64,000 bases of DNA from Strigamia acuminata (GCA_949358305.1 OX442314.1:24552001-24616000); one strand, 5' to 3'; counted from the first letter of the stretch, positions 50,906-64,000 are shown. Program-made: numbers and translations. The notes: a model not told the origin generated them from the sequence alone.

Positions 50906-53900
50906 CGTGCAATTACGACAGATTTTACTACGACTGCAGTAACCCTTTAAGTACACTATGCACTTTTCCATTTACAACACAACACTCGTCTTGAAAACAT
51001 TTAGTTTAGTAGTGTCATTGCGTTCAACGATCGTTTTAAGTTGCCTATTGTTTTATCAAAATGCTACGTGCGGTATCTTGATGTCGCTTGTATTACCATC
51101 GGGATAAAGGACAATGACACAATAGTTTTCGCTCGCTTACCTATCGGAGATGGTTGTCTGCAACAGAACCGCTTTGTCGACATAGTGGGTCAGCGATAGC
51201 GACCAAACCGCACGGCCGAAGCGACCATAACGGCAAAGAATAAAAAATGGTGAAGATTCTTCATCCTCTGCTGTTATAGATTGACCGCAACCATTAAGTT
51301 TGACCACGTCTAAAATTACATGCTACCAACCTATATCACCAAGTTCCAATTATGGTCGTTCTCTTTTTTTTTTACATTTATATTGAAGCCATAAAGAATG
51401 GCGTAAATTAAAGACAGGCGCTATTAAATTCCGACAGGCTTGATCGTGATAAAAGCGAAACAATATCAATTAATAATTGGTTATTATTCTTCGAGGTGTT
51501 GCCAAAACTATAAAAGAAAAATAAACAAAACACTCTCCTAATTAAACCACTGCAACTCAGTGGTGTGCTGATAAGAGTTAAGAGTTGTGACTTTTAGAGC
51601 CACGGATTGAATGCAGCTATTCTTTAGCTGACACAATGGTTTTTACTTTCGCTGGCTGCATTCGTAAGCCATTGAGACTTTACAGCCTTTTTGTTGAACA
51701 ACATTTATAAACAATAGTGCTTGATTCAATTCCCAAATTTCCAATGAATCTTTGGTGTTTATTTCATCTGATTAACTTAATTCAGCTTTTCTTGATCGGA
51801 AGCAACAATGACTGCGGAATTAGAATGATTGGAGAGACTTGTCAATAAGCCACTTATTGGAATTAAATTATTATTTCAGTGATGTAAATTACATCATTTC
51901 CTGTGGCTGGTAAAACATTTCAGCCTCATCAGCCAATGACTTGCTTGAATTGTTGATAATTTAGATTATGATAAGTCAAATTATTCATTTGACTTTGAAT
52001 GCACCCATTGCATTTCATAATAGAATTAAAAAAAATCAGTTTGAAAATGCATTTATATTTGACAAATAATAATATTGCATTAATACATTTTAAAAAATAT
52101 ATTATTATTTGCAACCATATATCATGCAAATTATTTATTACAAAAAACATTTGCAATACAATTTCAATGTATTTTTGCACCATATGGGCAGTGGGCACAC
52201 ATTCATAACTAGGGTAGACATATTCTCGTCTTACAGAAAAATACCATATGAACAGAAACTGAGTAAAATTAATGAACAAATTAAACTCATACTTTATCAC
52301 TATTGTTGTATAAAGCTCAAATAAATTGTGGCAGTCTCGCTTTGTAATGTCCCGTTGGAATGGTTCAGACTACTTAGCATAAGTCATTTTACCTCCGACC
52401 ATCTGAAATCTAAAGTAATCTCACGAGACGACGAGTGTGACCACTACTCCTTTTTCCACTATATTAAAAACGATGGTGATTAAAATAGCGAAGACCTCCA
52501 CGGTAACGGTGGGTCATTTAAGGTAATTAGTATTCTTCATTACCCAGATTTACTGTACCTGCGGGCACCATGTGTGCTCTCACCCACTTTTTATTACCCC
52601 AGAACTGGAGGTAACTGCAAAATGAGAGCTAGATATGCATTAAGGATGCATCTCAATTCCAGCTTCTCTCTCATCCCACACACAAAAAGCAGTTAGTAGC
52701 ATGTTAAAGTAGAAAAAAGAAATCGATTAGAAAAGCTGAAAAAAAAGAAGAATAAATAGAAAATATTACGCAAAACCCGCTCAAAAGACGAAGCTTATTA
52801 TTGATTTCTCATCGATATTCATCTGGATTTAAATGAAGTCAACAAGTTATTATCCAAAAAGGAAAGGAAAAAAAAGCTTTTGACAATTCTTATTTATGTT
52901 TTCCATCTCATCGTTTAATTTAATTCCAATTCCCATTGGCTGGCGTTGGCGTGTGCAACAAGAAAGAAGAATATTCAAATTGCTTTTCGAAATGTTGAAG
53001 AATAAATGCATTTGCTAAAAAAATATTTTTATTCCATTGTGTTTCTAATTTGTATGGAAATTATATTTGTTTTATTGCAATTAGGGTTTTATATTTGAGA
53101 AAATTGGTTTCATGCATTACCACTTACCAGTCTCATCACTACTATAAATGTGAACGCTAAACAGTAATTGAGCTTTCAAACAGGTGCTTCGAAATTCCGG
53201 TTTTGCTAACAATTGTTCGCGTGTCAATTAACAGTCAGTTAAACCTGTAATTTTAAATTACCAAACCGGCAACAATTTCTTTTCTATTGCTCAATTAAAA
53301 TTCCACTGTAATTTCAGATTTAAAAAAAAGGCCAGAAATATAAATGTGATAAATATCCATCTTTAACTTCAGTTCTCCAACTTAAAGGCGGTTTTAACTA
53401 TAATGCGATGCAATAAATTAAAATTATGTCATGTCAACTGGTTTCCGGGCTGTTAGACGTCAGGTCAGGTACATCCGCTATTAAATACATAGATTCCCAT
53501 TTAGCAAGTTCAAGTGCTGACCCATATTTATAAATTTGTTGCTATTTCACTTGAAAATAACTCGTGTTTAATAATCAGTCGTCAAAACTCTATTCACTAA
53601 TTATATTTTTGTCAAAAACAAAATTAATAGCTAAATGATGTAATTTGAACAGTGAAATTCATCAAAACAAGAGCTCGACACAATAAAAAAAAAATGTAAT
53701 CTAAACAAAACTTTAAGAATTTAACAAAAAATGAACATCTATTGTTGTTCATATTTAATATAAAGTGTTAAATAAGTTACGCAAGCATTCACTAGAATAT
53801 TTGAACTAAGACATGGGCAAACGAATTGCTTCGCAAGCCTTAGGAAATATATTATTGGTACAACTAAGTGCATTAAAGTCATTCAACTTTAAACTTGTTT

Positions 53901-55257
53901 ATATTTTTTAAACAAATCTAAATGTAAAATTTAGCATGTAAACTTTTACGCCTACTATTTTAACTACGTTTTGGAGATGTTTTACCTCATGTACTATACA
54001 TATTCTGTATTCTGATATGTAGATATTGTCTACAATAGATAATGAAAAGTTTTCCAATATTTTCCAAAACATGTAAGCAAATACATTATGGATATTGTGA
54101 TTACTGAGGGGTTATTTGTAGTTCCTCGAACGAAAGACTATGTCAATCAGAGAGAAACGTAAACGCCGTAGGCCAACTAAGACCAAAAATGTAATTTTTT
54201 GTATGTAAACAAAATAAAATAGTAAGCGCATTCATAAAATGATCACAAAAATATTATCACGGTGTTAAAATCCCCCATTTTTTTGTAAAAAACACATTAA
54301 AAGGTATATATTTGTAATTACCATAAAAGAAATGAAGTTTTTACACTACTTGTTTATATTTTTTAAGAATTTACACAAGTTTAAATGACTTCATTAATGC
54401 ACCTAGTGATAAAAATAGTGTAGAATTCAGTTATATTTAATGTAAAGGTTAATAAAAAAGTCAAGGAATCAGAAAAATAGTGTCCTCCCATATGGTTAAA
54501 AAAATATTGCAATTACATTGCAATGCATTCTCAAGATATATTTTAAATTGTATTATGAAATGCATTCTTTAATGCATGAATAATATATTTAAATTCTGCA
54601 AAAAGCGATGTATTTTTGAATGCATTTTGGAATGCACATGAATTAAAATATAGTGTATGGTTCATTTTATTTAATTACATTTCCGTTCAAATAGAGTGTT
54701 AATAAATGGAACTTATCAAGTCTAATACATCATGAACTTTTATTTTCTTTAATAATAAGATATTTTTCATACCTGCACGCATTTTTTTTGCCTAGATATC
54801 GTATATAACCATCATCTCAACTTTCATTTTAAAGAATTAAGGCAGCATTCATAATACAGCAAAAGTAATTTATCAACGTTTGCTATTGGATTGGCAGAGA
54901 AAATCTTAGAGATGTACCAGATGCATACCATTGCCAGAAATTTGAGAAATGGTTTTGCAAATGATGCATATCCCTCCACCGGAAATTGTCAGTAAAATGA
55001 AGTGTTACCAATTTATATTCCTTGAGAAACTTCAGAATAAAATCTGCAATACCTCATTCCAATTTTCCTTTTAAAAAACGAAACACCATGTTTTACGATT
55101 GAAATGAGTCTGAAATGATTTATACTCAAGAAATCTGAACATTTTTTTTGAAATATAGTGTTCACGACTACTGTTCAGCCATGCCCATAATAGCACTATA
55201 AACCAAAATCACACAGAACAACATATGAATGATGCGATTAATAAACCTATTTGCAAT

Positions 55258-55570
55258 ACTCTTCAATGAGCTCCTATTGTTTCCAAAATTCCAATCAAAT
55301 CCATGCATTCATCAAATTTGGGCTTTGTCCATTGGCATTTCCTCAGCCTGTTTGTAGTTTATGCTCATCTTGTCTCTCCTAAATTTCATGTATAAAAGTG
55401 ATAACGCACGTCGATGTGTTTGCTTTGGTTATGTGATGAGTTAGACAGCACTATGCTCGCCGCTATCAGAATTGGAATAATTGAATTCAGTTATAGCAGT
55501 CTGCTCATCCACCTTTCCTGCTTCACATACTGCCATGTATTCAGCCTCCACCGACCCTAGTCTTGCCGAT
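55258..55570 (-). pseudogene. Decayed Ty1/copia RNase H fragment
   Basis: The minus strand encodes SVEAEYMAVCEAGK (55554-55513), HNQSKHIDVRYHF (55433-55395), then EEMP and KFDECMDLIGI. These follow the copia RNase H order (S.EAEY.A / KHID.RYHF / EM.AD / F...LG) with frameshifts. A PPT/LTR-junction-like ATTGAAGAG|TATTG follows. Confidence 0.85.
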
Positions 55571-56709
55571 ATTGCCATTGTGATGTACACCCCGACCGAG
55601 CGATATGGGTGTATCACGAGAAACTCTTCTGCATACTCAAGAAGTAAGAGTTTCTTAAAACATTAATAGAGGTTTAATTATACAGAAAAACAATAATATG
55701 TACAATAACCATAAGAAAAATAATAACTTAAATTAAAGTCTATCAGTCACATAATAGTTACTGTTTTGATGCTCTGTTGTTCAGAATCCTTCTCTTTAGT
55801 ATGAATGCTTCATGGTAATTTTTAGTCCTTTACATCTTAGGCACATTTCACAACACTTAGCACAACACTTAGCCCATGGCTCAGCACCCTGATGCCTGAT
55901 CCTGCTCTCACAACCTTCAGCATACGACTGTCCTCAACAGTAACTGTTTTCCGTCACTTTATCATCTGACCGTTATCGTTCCTTAGTCATAATCATTTTT
56001 CATTGTTCATGATTCATTATGATTCAATACCAGTGTTTCTTTCAATATCATTTGACAATTCGATTCCAATATCACACTTTATAATCTTAATCTTAAAAAT
56101 AACACATTAAACTTAAATAAATCAAAGAATATTAATAATTAGATTAGATGCATAGACTCATGCATCACACCATATTCCTACATATGAACATCTTTCAATT
56201 GAGATTTAAAGATATTAATTTTTTTAATTCCCTTTTCTTCGATTTTATGTCCACAAATCCACATCAATTGGAGATTTAATTAGCTTTTATTATTCCAATA
56301 TATTTCTTACATATTTGGATTGGTGTAACTTAATTTTGTCTCGTTTCCCATCTTTGATATGGTGATGAGATCGAAAACATAACTTGCAGTTATTACGACT
56401 TCTCTGGGCCCAATCTTCAAGATAATGCAGGCATCTGAATCGATCGCCTCGCTTCATTTTAACGCCCTACATTTAATGTTTACTGTGATTCTTATGTCAT
56501 TCTCATGCTAGTCTGCTTTCTAGAGAGGTTTGTTTAGCGTGCACATTTTATTTTCGATTCCATGCGCCGTAAACATTTCCACATGTTCCATGCAAATCTC
56601 TTCGCCTTCAATCTAGGCAGTCGTCACGTCTATTTGAAGTGTGTATTCGTATTTGTTCGACCTAACACGGTTATAACCCCATGGGCTGATGCCTGTCCGG
56701 GATATTAGG

Positions 56710-56925
56710 ACGTGCAGAATCGTTCTGTAAGATGACTTTCTAAAAGACCCAACCTTGCATTTCCACTGAGAACGAAAAACACAGTTAAAGATGCGTGGGA
56801 ATATTCTTGAAAATATTCTTGCCATGGAAAGAGCAGCTACACAAGTAGCAAACAACAGCAAGAAACAGAGATTATTAGAAAACTAATGCTGCTTAAGTTG
56901 TGTGTTCAAATGGGAACTGGTTATC
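56710..56925 (-). mobile_element. Second, more degraded copy of the 5S-derived SINE
   Basis: Shares GACTTTCT...GACCCAACCTTGCATTT.CAC.GAGAA and CTGCTTAA...TGTGTTCAAATGGG.AC.GGT with 8700-8945; the box C part of the 5S head is deleted. Confidence 0.75.
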
Positions 56926-56955
56926 TGTTTGGCAGGCCCAGTTAGAAAGGAAAGG

Positions 56956-57174
56956 CTATACTCTTGTTCGACTCAAGAGTATACCCTTCTCCCATTGGCC
57001 GAGCCGCATTACTCCTAACTCCAATCTGTATTACCATAGAGTAAAGAATCTATGGGATTACTACCACTAGGAGAAGTAGTTCTTATTTTTATTATGATTA
57101 TTATTACATTTTTGGATCACTACACCATCGGCCAATGGGAGAAGGGTATACTCTTGAGTCGAACAAGAGTATAG
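56956..57174. mobile_element. 219-bp element with perfect 47-bp TIRs, each containing a terminal palindrome
   Basis: CTATACTCTTGTTCGACTCAAGAGTATACCCTTCTCCCATTGGCCGA (56956-57002) is the exact reverse complement of 57128-57174. No clear TSD. Confidence 0.85.
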
Positions 57175-57345
57175 AAGAGCCACAGAGTCCAAAACAAAAA
57201 ACCCAAAGTGAAAAAATTAGTTATAATAGAAAAACATATACTCTGTACTAGTCACACAAATCTTTTGGAGAATAAACAGAAAGTTCTTCCAAACTTTCAT
57301 TTTCTTGTGTCTGGCAGTCACATGATCAGTCAAATGGCATATTCC

Positions 57346-57743
57346 CAGTGTTGTATCTCGTTCACTAAATTGTGAACGCGCTCAAGTTCACGTTCATGAC
57401 CATGTGAACGCGTTCACTAAAATTTTTTTCGAAGTGAACCAAGTTCAAGTTCATGAACTTGAATCAAAAGTTCACGTTTATTTTTCAGATTTTTTTTTAG
57501 AAATTAAAATGTTATTTGTTACATTTTGTGGATTGCAGATGGCAAAAAAAAAACACTTTTTGTAGTAAATCAGTCGTTTGCATCACTTTCATGGCTGTTT
57601 TCGTTGTAAAAAGTGATTAGAAATGAACGTTTTGATGATGAAAACGTCATCTAAACATTTAAACTAACATTTTTGCAACTTTTTCATCATCAAACATGTT
57701 CACTCCTAACGCAAACTATTAGTTCGTGTTCGATACAACACTG
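57346..57743. mobile_element. hAT-family MITE (398 bp) with perfect 8-bp TSD
   Basis: CATATTCC|CAGTGTTGTATC ... GATACAACACTG|CATATTCC; subterminal GTTCAC/GTGAAC repeats. An 8-bp TSD with short CAG...CTG TIRs is typical of hAT. Confidence 0.93.
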
Positions 57744-59924
57744 CATATTCCTATACACAAATTGGTAAATGTTTATTCCTTTTTGGTATTTTATACGTAT
57801 AGGTGTATGCATAATCCAGTTGATTTTCTGCCTTGCTTTGTACTTGCATGTGCCAGTCTAGTTTTTGCCTGATGCGAAATAGCTTGATGTTATGCGGCTT
57901 CCTGTTCCAAGACTTCTGCCACGGTTTTCACGTATGACGACATTTGATTATATTTTCCTCCTGAATTCCCTTCCCAGTCGTCTCCAATTTTCAACATTCA
58001 AGTCCTGCACTCCCTTTGTTTGTATTTCCGCCCCTTAAGATTCTGATTCGTTTTCGCATTGTGGTTCCAAGAAGCCTCCTTGACTGTCAGTTTCGATTAT
58101 CATTTCCTGCTCATCAATTCGTCCTCTCGTATAATTGTTCAATGAATCTTTACGTGAAGTGTCTTGATTATTAGTATTTCAGCGAACAGTCAAGTTGCTC
58201 CTTAATCTGGATAAACCTCTCAGTCGGGACTGGGAACACAATATCAAAATGCTTATCTTTTGTTCTAGAGCTTTGCTGAATGATGTTTCACAAATTGAAA
58301 TAAGAAGAAAACGGAATGGCATTCTGGCAATTACTTTTTAAAAAATAATACAACTTTTGTAAATAAAATAAATAAAAAAATAATTTTTTTTAATGAGTTT
58401 TATAATATGCTAAACACAGCTAAGTGCTCACTTGTTGTTGTAATTATGGTCAAAAATAGTCCCAAATGGTTTCATTTCAACACAATTAAATTAAAAAATG
58501 GAAATGTGTAAAATGTTGAGGTGGGAACGAAATGGCTTTGAAAGATGTTGCATGCAGAGTGTTTTGTGTTTTAGTCGCGTTTTAAGCACAGAGCTTAGTT
58601 CACACAAGTGGAAATGCTGCGCCATCGCTCTCAGGAAATTTATATTCACAAGTGCTTAACTAGTTCACTCATGAAGAAAAAATGTTTCAAAACGATTGCC
58701 TCATAATGAGTGGATTCTTACTACACCTGGAGCGTGAGTGCAAGATCCACAGAATAATAATATTGAGTAGACGGTCAAGAGGATGATGTGATTGTCACCT
58801 AGTATCCACTCACAGTTATTACATCTGTGCCCGTTTCTTCCCCATCGACACTAATGCTCACGCGCAGCATTTCAAACTAATGTCTAGTGTTAAAATTCTA
58901 AATTTGCACATTAAACAAACATTAAGTGCTCATTCAAAACTGCTGTTTAATCTAAATGACATTTCAAATGCTGATGTCGCTTGGGTAAGATTTTGGCTTT
59001 AACTAAAGACCGGATATTAATGCAAAATAAAATTCGTTTTATGCGCACACAATATGCACCAAAAATTTCATTTTATGCAGTAAAAAATAATATTTCTTTA
59101 TGCATTTATGCATTTAACCGGCCGCTCATTGTTTATTTAATTATTTACATACAATACAGTGTTTATGTCCTTAAAAAATCAAACTGGGAACTCTTTGCAT
59201 TTCCTTATACAAAATTCAATTACGTAAGTATTCTGGTCATGTTTAGACCGTAAAAAAATCGACCATTAAAAAAAAACTACTAGCATTGTAGTCCTATGGG
59301 AAATGTAAACCTCAAGAGTAATACAAACAAAATCAATTTTTCAAGATAAGCCACAATCAAAATTCCAAGACCAAGTGACCAATCATTGCCAACTTCATGT
59401 CTTTTGGGAAAACATTCAAGGTTTAAAGATTTCCATCACTAAAAAAAAATTGTTGAATAGTTCTCCTTCAATGTATTCCTCGACTAATGACACGTTCAGC
59501 AAAAAGCGGCATCTTTTATACACAGAGAAACAATTTTTTCTTTCGTTTCCAACTTTCAGCGCACACACAACAAAGAACACACTTTAAATTTCCGGAGGCC
59601 GGCAATTGCACGTGGACCCAACTTATTTACATAATGAAATATTAATGAAGGTCGTTAGAATGCAAAAGAAGAAGAAGAAGAAAAAAAAAAACTAATGACA
59701 AAATTAAACAAGATACAGAATAAAATTCATTCCATTTAACATTGTCCTCTTTAGTGAGTATTTTGAACTCGCTTTTCCTTGAATACTATTAATTAATTAA
59801 TTAATTAACCAGAAATAAAAAGAAAATTAAAAAAAAAACATAGTGCGCATTCAATTCATTTTAAATTGATCGATTGATTGGTTAAACTAGAAGAATGTGT
59901 ATGGGATTCCACAGATTCTAATCT

Positions 59925-60022
59925 CGGAAATCCTCGCAAAATCCTACGAGATCTCGCAGAATCTCACGAGATCTCGCAAAATCTCAAGAGATCTCGCAAA
60001 ATCTTGCAAAATCTCGCAAGAT
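59925..60022. repeat. Short 10/20-bp periodic tandem repeat
   Basis: Units of GAGATCTCGCAAAATCTCAC/AAAATCTCGC. Confidence 0.8.
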
Positions 60023-61359
60023 TATAGCCAAATTCCGCATTTAGTCGACTAAATGCTATCAAAAATAGGTGCGTCTTACAATCGAAGCTTCTTAGAATGT
60101 AAAACGCATTTTTTTCCCATATAAACATCTCTAAAAACGAGATGTTGTCTTATACAATCGATAGCGTCTTAGAATCGCTAGAAGAAATACAGTAGCATAA
60201 ACATACCGTGGGCGCCAGGTGGCGTTTGTACAGTGTCATCATAAATACGCTACAAGGTAGCACAAATATTAATACGAAATTCTCGCTTCCAAAATCACCT
60301 GTTAACACACGTTGACACTCGTGGCACGACCCACAAAAGTTCACGCTATTTTTATCGTGCTACGAAATTCACCACGAGATTTTACGCGATTAACACAGCA
60401 TAACACGACCGTGCTGCAGTATGCATTATTGATTGCGCCTTTAAGTTCTTCCAAGCACAAACAGTAATTTTTTGCTAATATCTCAAGAACTCTCACAGAT
60501 AATTAATTTCTCGTGCGGATTTAGACTCGGGAAGGTCATTTACATATGTCCACTTAATTTCAGAGAATTCGAAAGCACAAAAGATTTTTTTTCTCCAAAA
60601 AGGGCGATGCTAAGTGCAGACTTGTTTTCTTCCTAAGACACAATTTAAGCGTAAACAGTCTATTCGCGACAGTCCCCGCGTTTATTTCCAACTAGATTCT
60701 GCTTTTTGAAAGAAATCAATACGAGCGAATGTCTGTTTATTCTATTTCTGCTTCCCTTTCAAACAATTTCTCTCGCATTTCTAATACAATGATAAGATCG
60801 TTAAAAAACTCACCTTCAACTCCTCCATTTTTACAAAAACATATATTTTCTCGCAATGGACGTATTTCAAAGTCCTTTTTATTTATCTTTTAACTTGTTT
60901 ACTCACTAAATGAAGGCAATATCCACACCAAACTACAACAGAAAGAAAAAAAATCAAATCTAATTCTATATCTTAGCACGGTCCCTGTGAGGCACTTCCG
61001 CTGCTCTGTTAAAACCTAACAGATGCATATGGGGAGTCTTTCCCGCTACAAATACCTTGTCGAAACAGCCACACGACATCCACACGACAGCAAATAGGGT
61101 CGTAGTTAAAGCCCCTTAGAACCATAAAACTAATTAATGCGTGTAATTATGTTTACTTAGCAATAACGCTATGGAATTCTATTTTCCACATTACTTTATT
61201 ACGTATTATTCATTAGGACGTTATGGAATTGTGAAACATTCCACTTACCGCAACGATTTCATTAAAATTAAGAGAAAAGCAGCGAGATACTCATCTAAAA
61301 ACTCAAAATATTGAAATCTCTTTAAGAACAAGTTCGGCCATTAATACACCACGGCGTGT

Positions 61360-61812
61360 AATTTGCTGTGTGGTCATCGTGGTCTTGGGCCACCATATGA
61401 GTTGAGAAAATCACCCGTGGTGGAAAGAATGAATAACTCTATTTTGCTCGTGTTCTGGCCGAAATTGGTGTCTAGGCGGAGTTATCACCTTCCCAACTCG
61501 GTTCATCTGGTTGGTTATGTTGCGTCCATTCCCACTGCACGCATCCGCGTGGTACCGCATTGGATGCTGCGCGATGATTCGCGTGGTCAATGGCACTTCT
61601 CCATAAGTGCTAATCTCTCATCCCGTTGCAGCAAGGCGGTTTTCATGGCATCCCAATTGGAATGCCACTCCAATCCTCCTATTTACACTAGTGCGTGTGC
61701 CAATACTTCGCACACCCAAACATTACCACCAACTTCTGTGCGACATACTGGTCGTTTAACACCTCTCCCATGATCGCCTACGTCACAACATCGCCAGTGA
61801 CCACTGACACCA
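61360..61812 (-). pseudogene. Possible decayed Ty3/gypsy-type PBS plus gag fragment
   Basis: On the minus strand, PBS-like TGGTGTCAG (61812-61804) is followed by an ATG at 61771 leading to FGCAKYWH (G.A..W) and, after a frameshift, NWDAMKTALLQR (W..LK..L..R). Both resemble retrotransposon gag motifs. Locally GC-rich. Confidence 0.4.
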
Positions 61813-64000
61813 TATGCTCATACACGCTGACCGAAGAATAAACAAGTTTGTTGCAGTGTTTGTACGCAATTTTGCATTTTGTTTAATCAAAAGATCGATA
61901 ACTTGGTCAAATGTCTCAAATGATTGGCAGGAAAAGCGCCAACAGTGCAGATTATGCTGATTTATGACTGTTTTACTAATATATTAAATTATTTAATCAT
62001 TAAAATTATTACAAATTGAGATAATTTATCTCTCGTGTGGGGTTATGCTAAGTAAACAAACCTACCCTAGTTAGTGACTTTGTCAGACATGGATAGCATA
62101 TCATGCATAGTAATGCACCTGACATATTTGATCAATTCCTTGATATTTTGATAAAGTGTATGATTGTTTATTCAATTCTAATCATAACAACTCATACGAC
62201 AGATGCTCAAATTATTTCCAAGTCTGTAAAAATTTATATTTTAATATTTCGGTTCTAGTAAAAAAGTCACTGATTTCTACATAACTAATGAATAAGTGTG
62301 ACCAGTCACAACTTCTACATAAGTGGTTCAAGTGTGAACTAGGCATTAGTTTATTTACTTTATTTTAGCATTATTGGGCCTAATAGTAAGAAATCAACTG
62401 CTCAGTATGAATTTGGCATCAAGACACCGGACGAGAACTCTGGGCATGCTTTTGTCTTATAAAAGCACAAAACCATATAAGCATAAACTTTGAAAAGCAA
62501 CAATATTTAGTGAGAAGTCGGCTTCGAAAAAAGAAGAGCGACAACCACAAACAATTGTGTTGAACAATACAATAGCCAAACTTAAAGTTATTCAATTAGA
62601 ATCTGGGATTGAGTTTCTTTGTCTCAATCTCCCATCCATCCATCCATCCCTCGTTGTTCCCCAGTCCCCTTTGTGTTTTGTTTTCTTTTCATTTTAACTT
62701 TCTCCAACGTTTTGCAATTGAATTCCAACTTGGGTGGGCAGGTTTGCTTTATTTCTTAAAGAAGTAGTATTGAAAAATAGTGGTGTGCTTGAAAACGACG
62801 ACCAATTAGGACGTCTCGATTTCGACCAAGCAGATACAACAAAGTGTGGCAAGATCCCTCGGGAATTTGGTGCGAGTGGAATTTACGATGCAAGTGTCAA
62901 CCACTAAATCCGACGATAAAACCAGCATGGAAAGGAACCGTATCAAGATGAGTGACGCTCACCCTACGGTATCCTTTAAGAACACTACGAACAGAGATAA
63001 AAGGAGTCGTAGGGGAAATCCTAATCCCTTTTCTTGCTGTGCCTCGCTCGGTGCAAAGCGAGTTTTAGTTGTTGCATCGATCACGACACCAAACTGCGAG
63101 TCTACAAATAACACGCGGATGGAGAAAATATTACTGTGAAAGCGGGGGTTCATGGCTGCGCATTAAATCGATGCCCGAGCACTGCACTACATATTTCACC
63201 CACTAAGCAATAGCACAAATTGATTCGCTTCTAATGCCTCGTGAATTTATAACCGACAAAACTTTCACCCTTCGCTCCGACCCACCTTCAAAGAAAAAAG
63301 TCGTCCATCAAATTCACTCCAATCTCGTCGTCGCACAACTGTTAACCCATATTCTTCAAAAAATACGTTCAAATTATATTACAATAAAATTTTTAAAAAA
63401 TACATTGGGAACGCATTTAATAACACATTTTACAAAATATATTATGACAGAATATTTGCAAACCATGCTAACCGATAGCATGGGTGGCAAATATGGCTAC
63501 AATGGTGGAACGGTGGAAGAGAAAAGTGGTTTTTAGTATACAGGAAAGAATTAATAAAAGTTTTCGAGACTTCGAAACAATCTAGCTGGGATTGCAGCAT
63601 GCGCGAGTAACAATTGAAGACTAGATGGTAAAACTTAACTTGATTTAATTGTAGAAATTTTAGTACGGAAAAACGTGTGGTAACACACGTTCATACATAA
63701 AAAAAGATGGTGGAAGACCCAAAAAACGGGGCCAACTTCCAGTCAGCAAGGACCGGTCACCGAATTTACATACCGAAGGGCTCTTGTAACAACCCTCTAT
63801 AAGAACAACAATATTCAATGATAAAACACTTGTAATCAATTCAAACACTGTAAAAACATATCATCATTCAATAAATTCAGAAAACAAATAACTTTTACTA
63901 ATTTTAAAACTAACATGAAAATTAACACTTTGACAATAAAAAACATTGAATTTAAACTAAACAAATGAATTATTAATAAAATCATTAAATTTGAATATTA

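Noticed and set aside
57830..58240. Purine-skewed, coding-like minus-strand stretch
   Set aside because: Multiple stops and no recognisable motif; probably a decayed TE but unassignable.
2124..63848. The many 60-160-aa ORFs in the ORF track outside the exons listed
   Set aside because: Low-complexity F/K/I-rich translations of AT-rich non-coding DNA or repeats, often with non-ATG starts and no domains or splice support.

Overview
AT-rich eukaryotic DNA from an invertebrate (arthropod-like) genome; nothing prokaryotic and no CRISPR array. One well-supported spliced gene lies on the minus strand: four coding exons (38313-38163, 33566-33425, 26915-26713, 26165-24055) with GT-AG introns and consistent phases 1/2/1. 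It encodes a ~868-aa type I membrane protein: signal peptide, five CUB-like domains, one LDLa-like module, a TM helix and a short basic tail, the LEV-10/Neto-type architecture. The rest is intronic or intergenic DNA dense in mobile DNA. This includes the 3' end of an LTR retrotransposon (unexplained ORF, PPT, ~1.18-kb LTR), a 5S-rRNA-derived SINE (two copies), decayed copia RNase H and gypsy-gag-like relics, many MITEs (TA, 3-bp and 8-bp TSD classes, some with hairpins inside their TIRs), and tandem arrays with periods near multiples of 10 bp. A few orphan exon candidates are low confidence. I see no evidence for a wholly new biological system. The best leads are the invertebrate SINE3, the extra LTR-element ORF, the hairpin-ended TIR elements and the structure of the CUB/LDLa gene. 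All calls were made by eye, without database searches.
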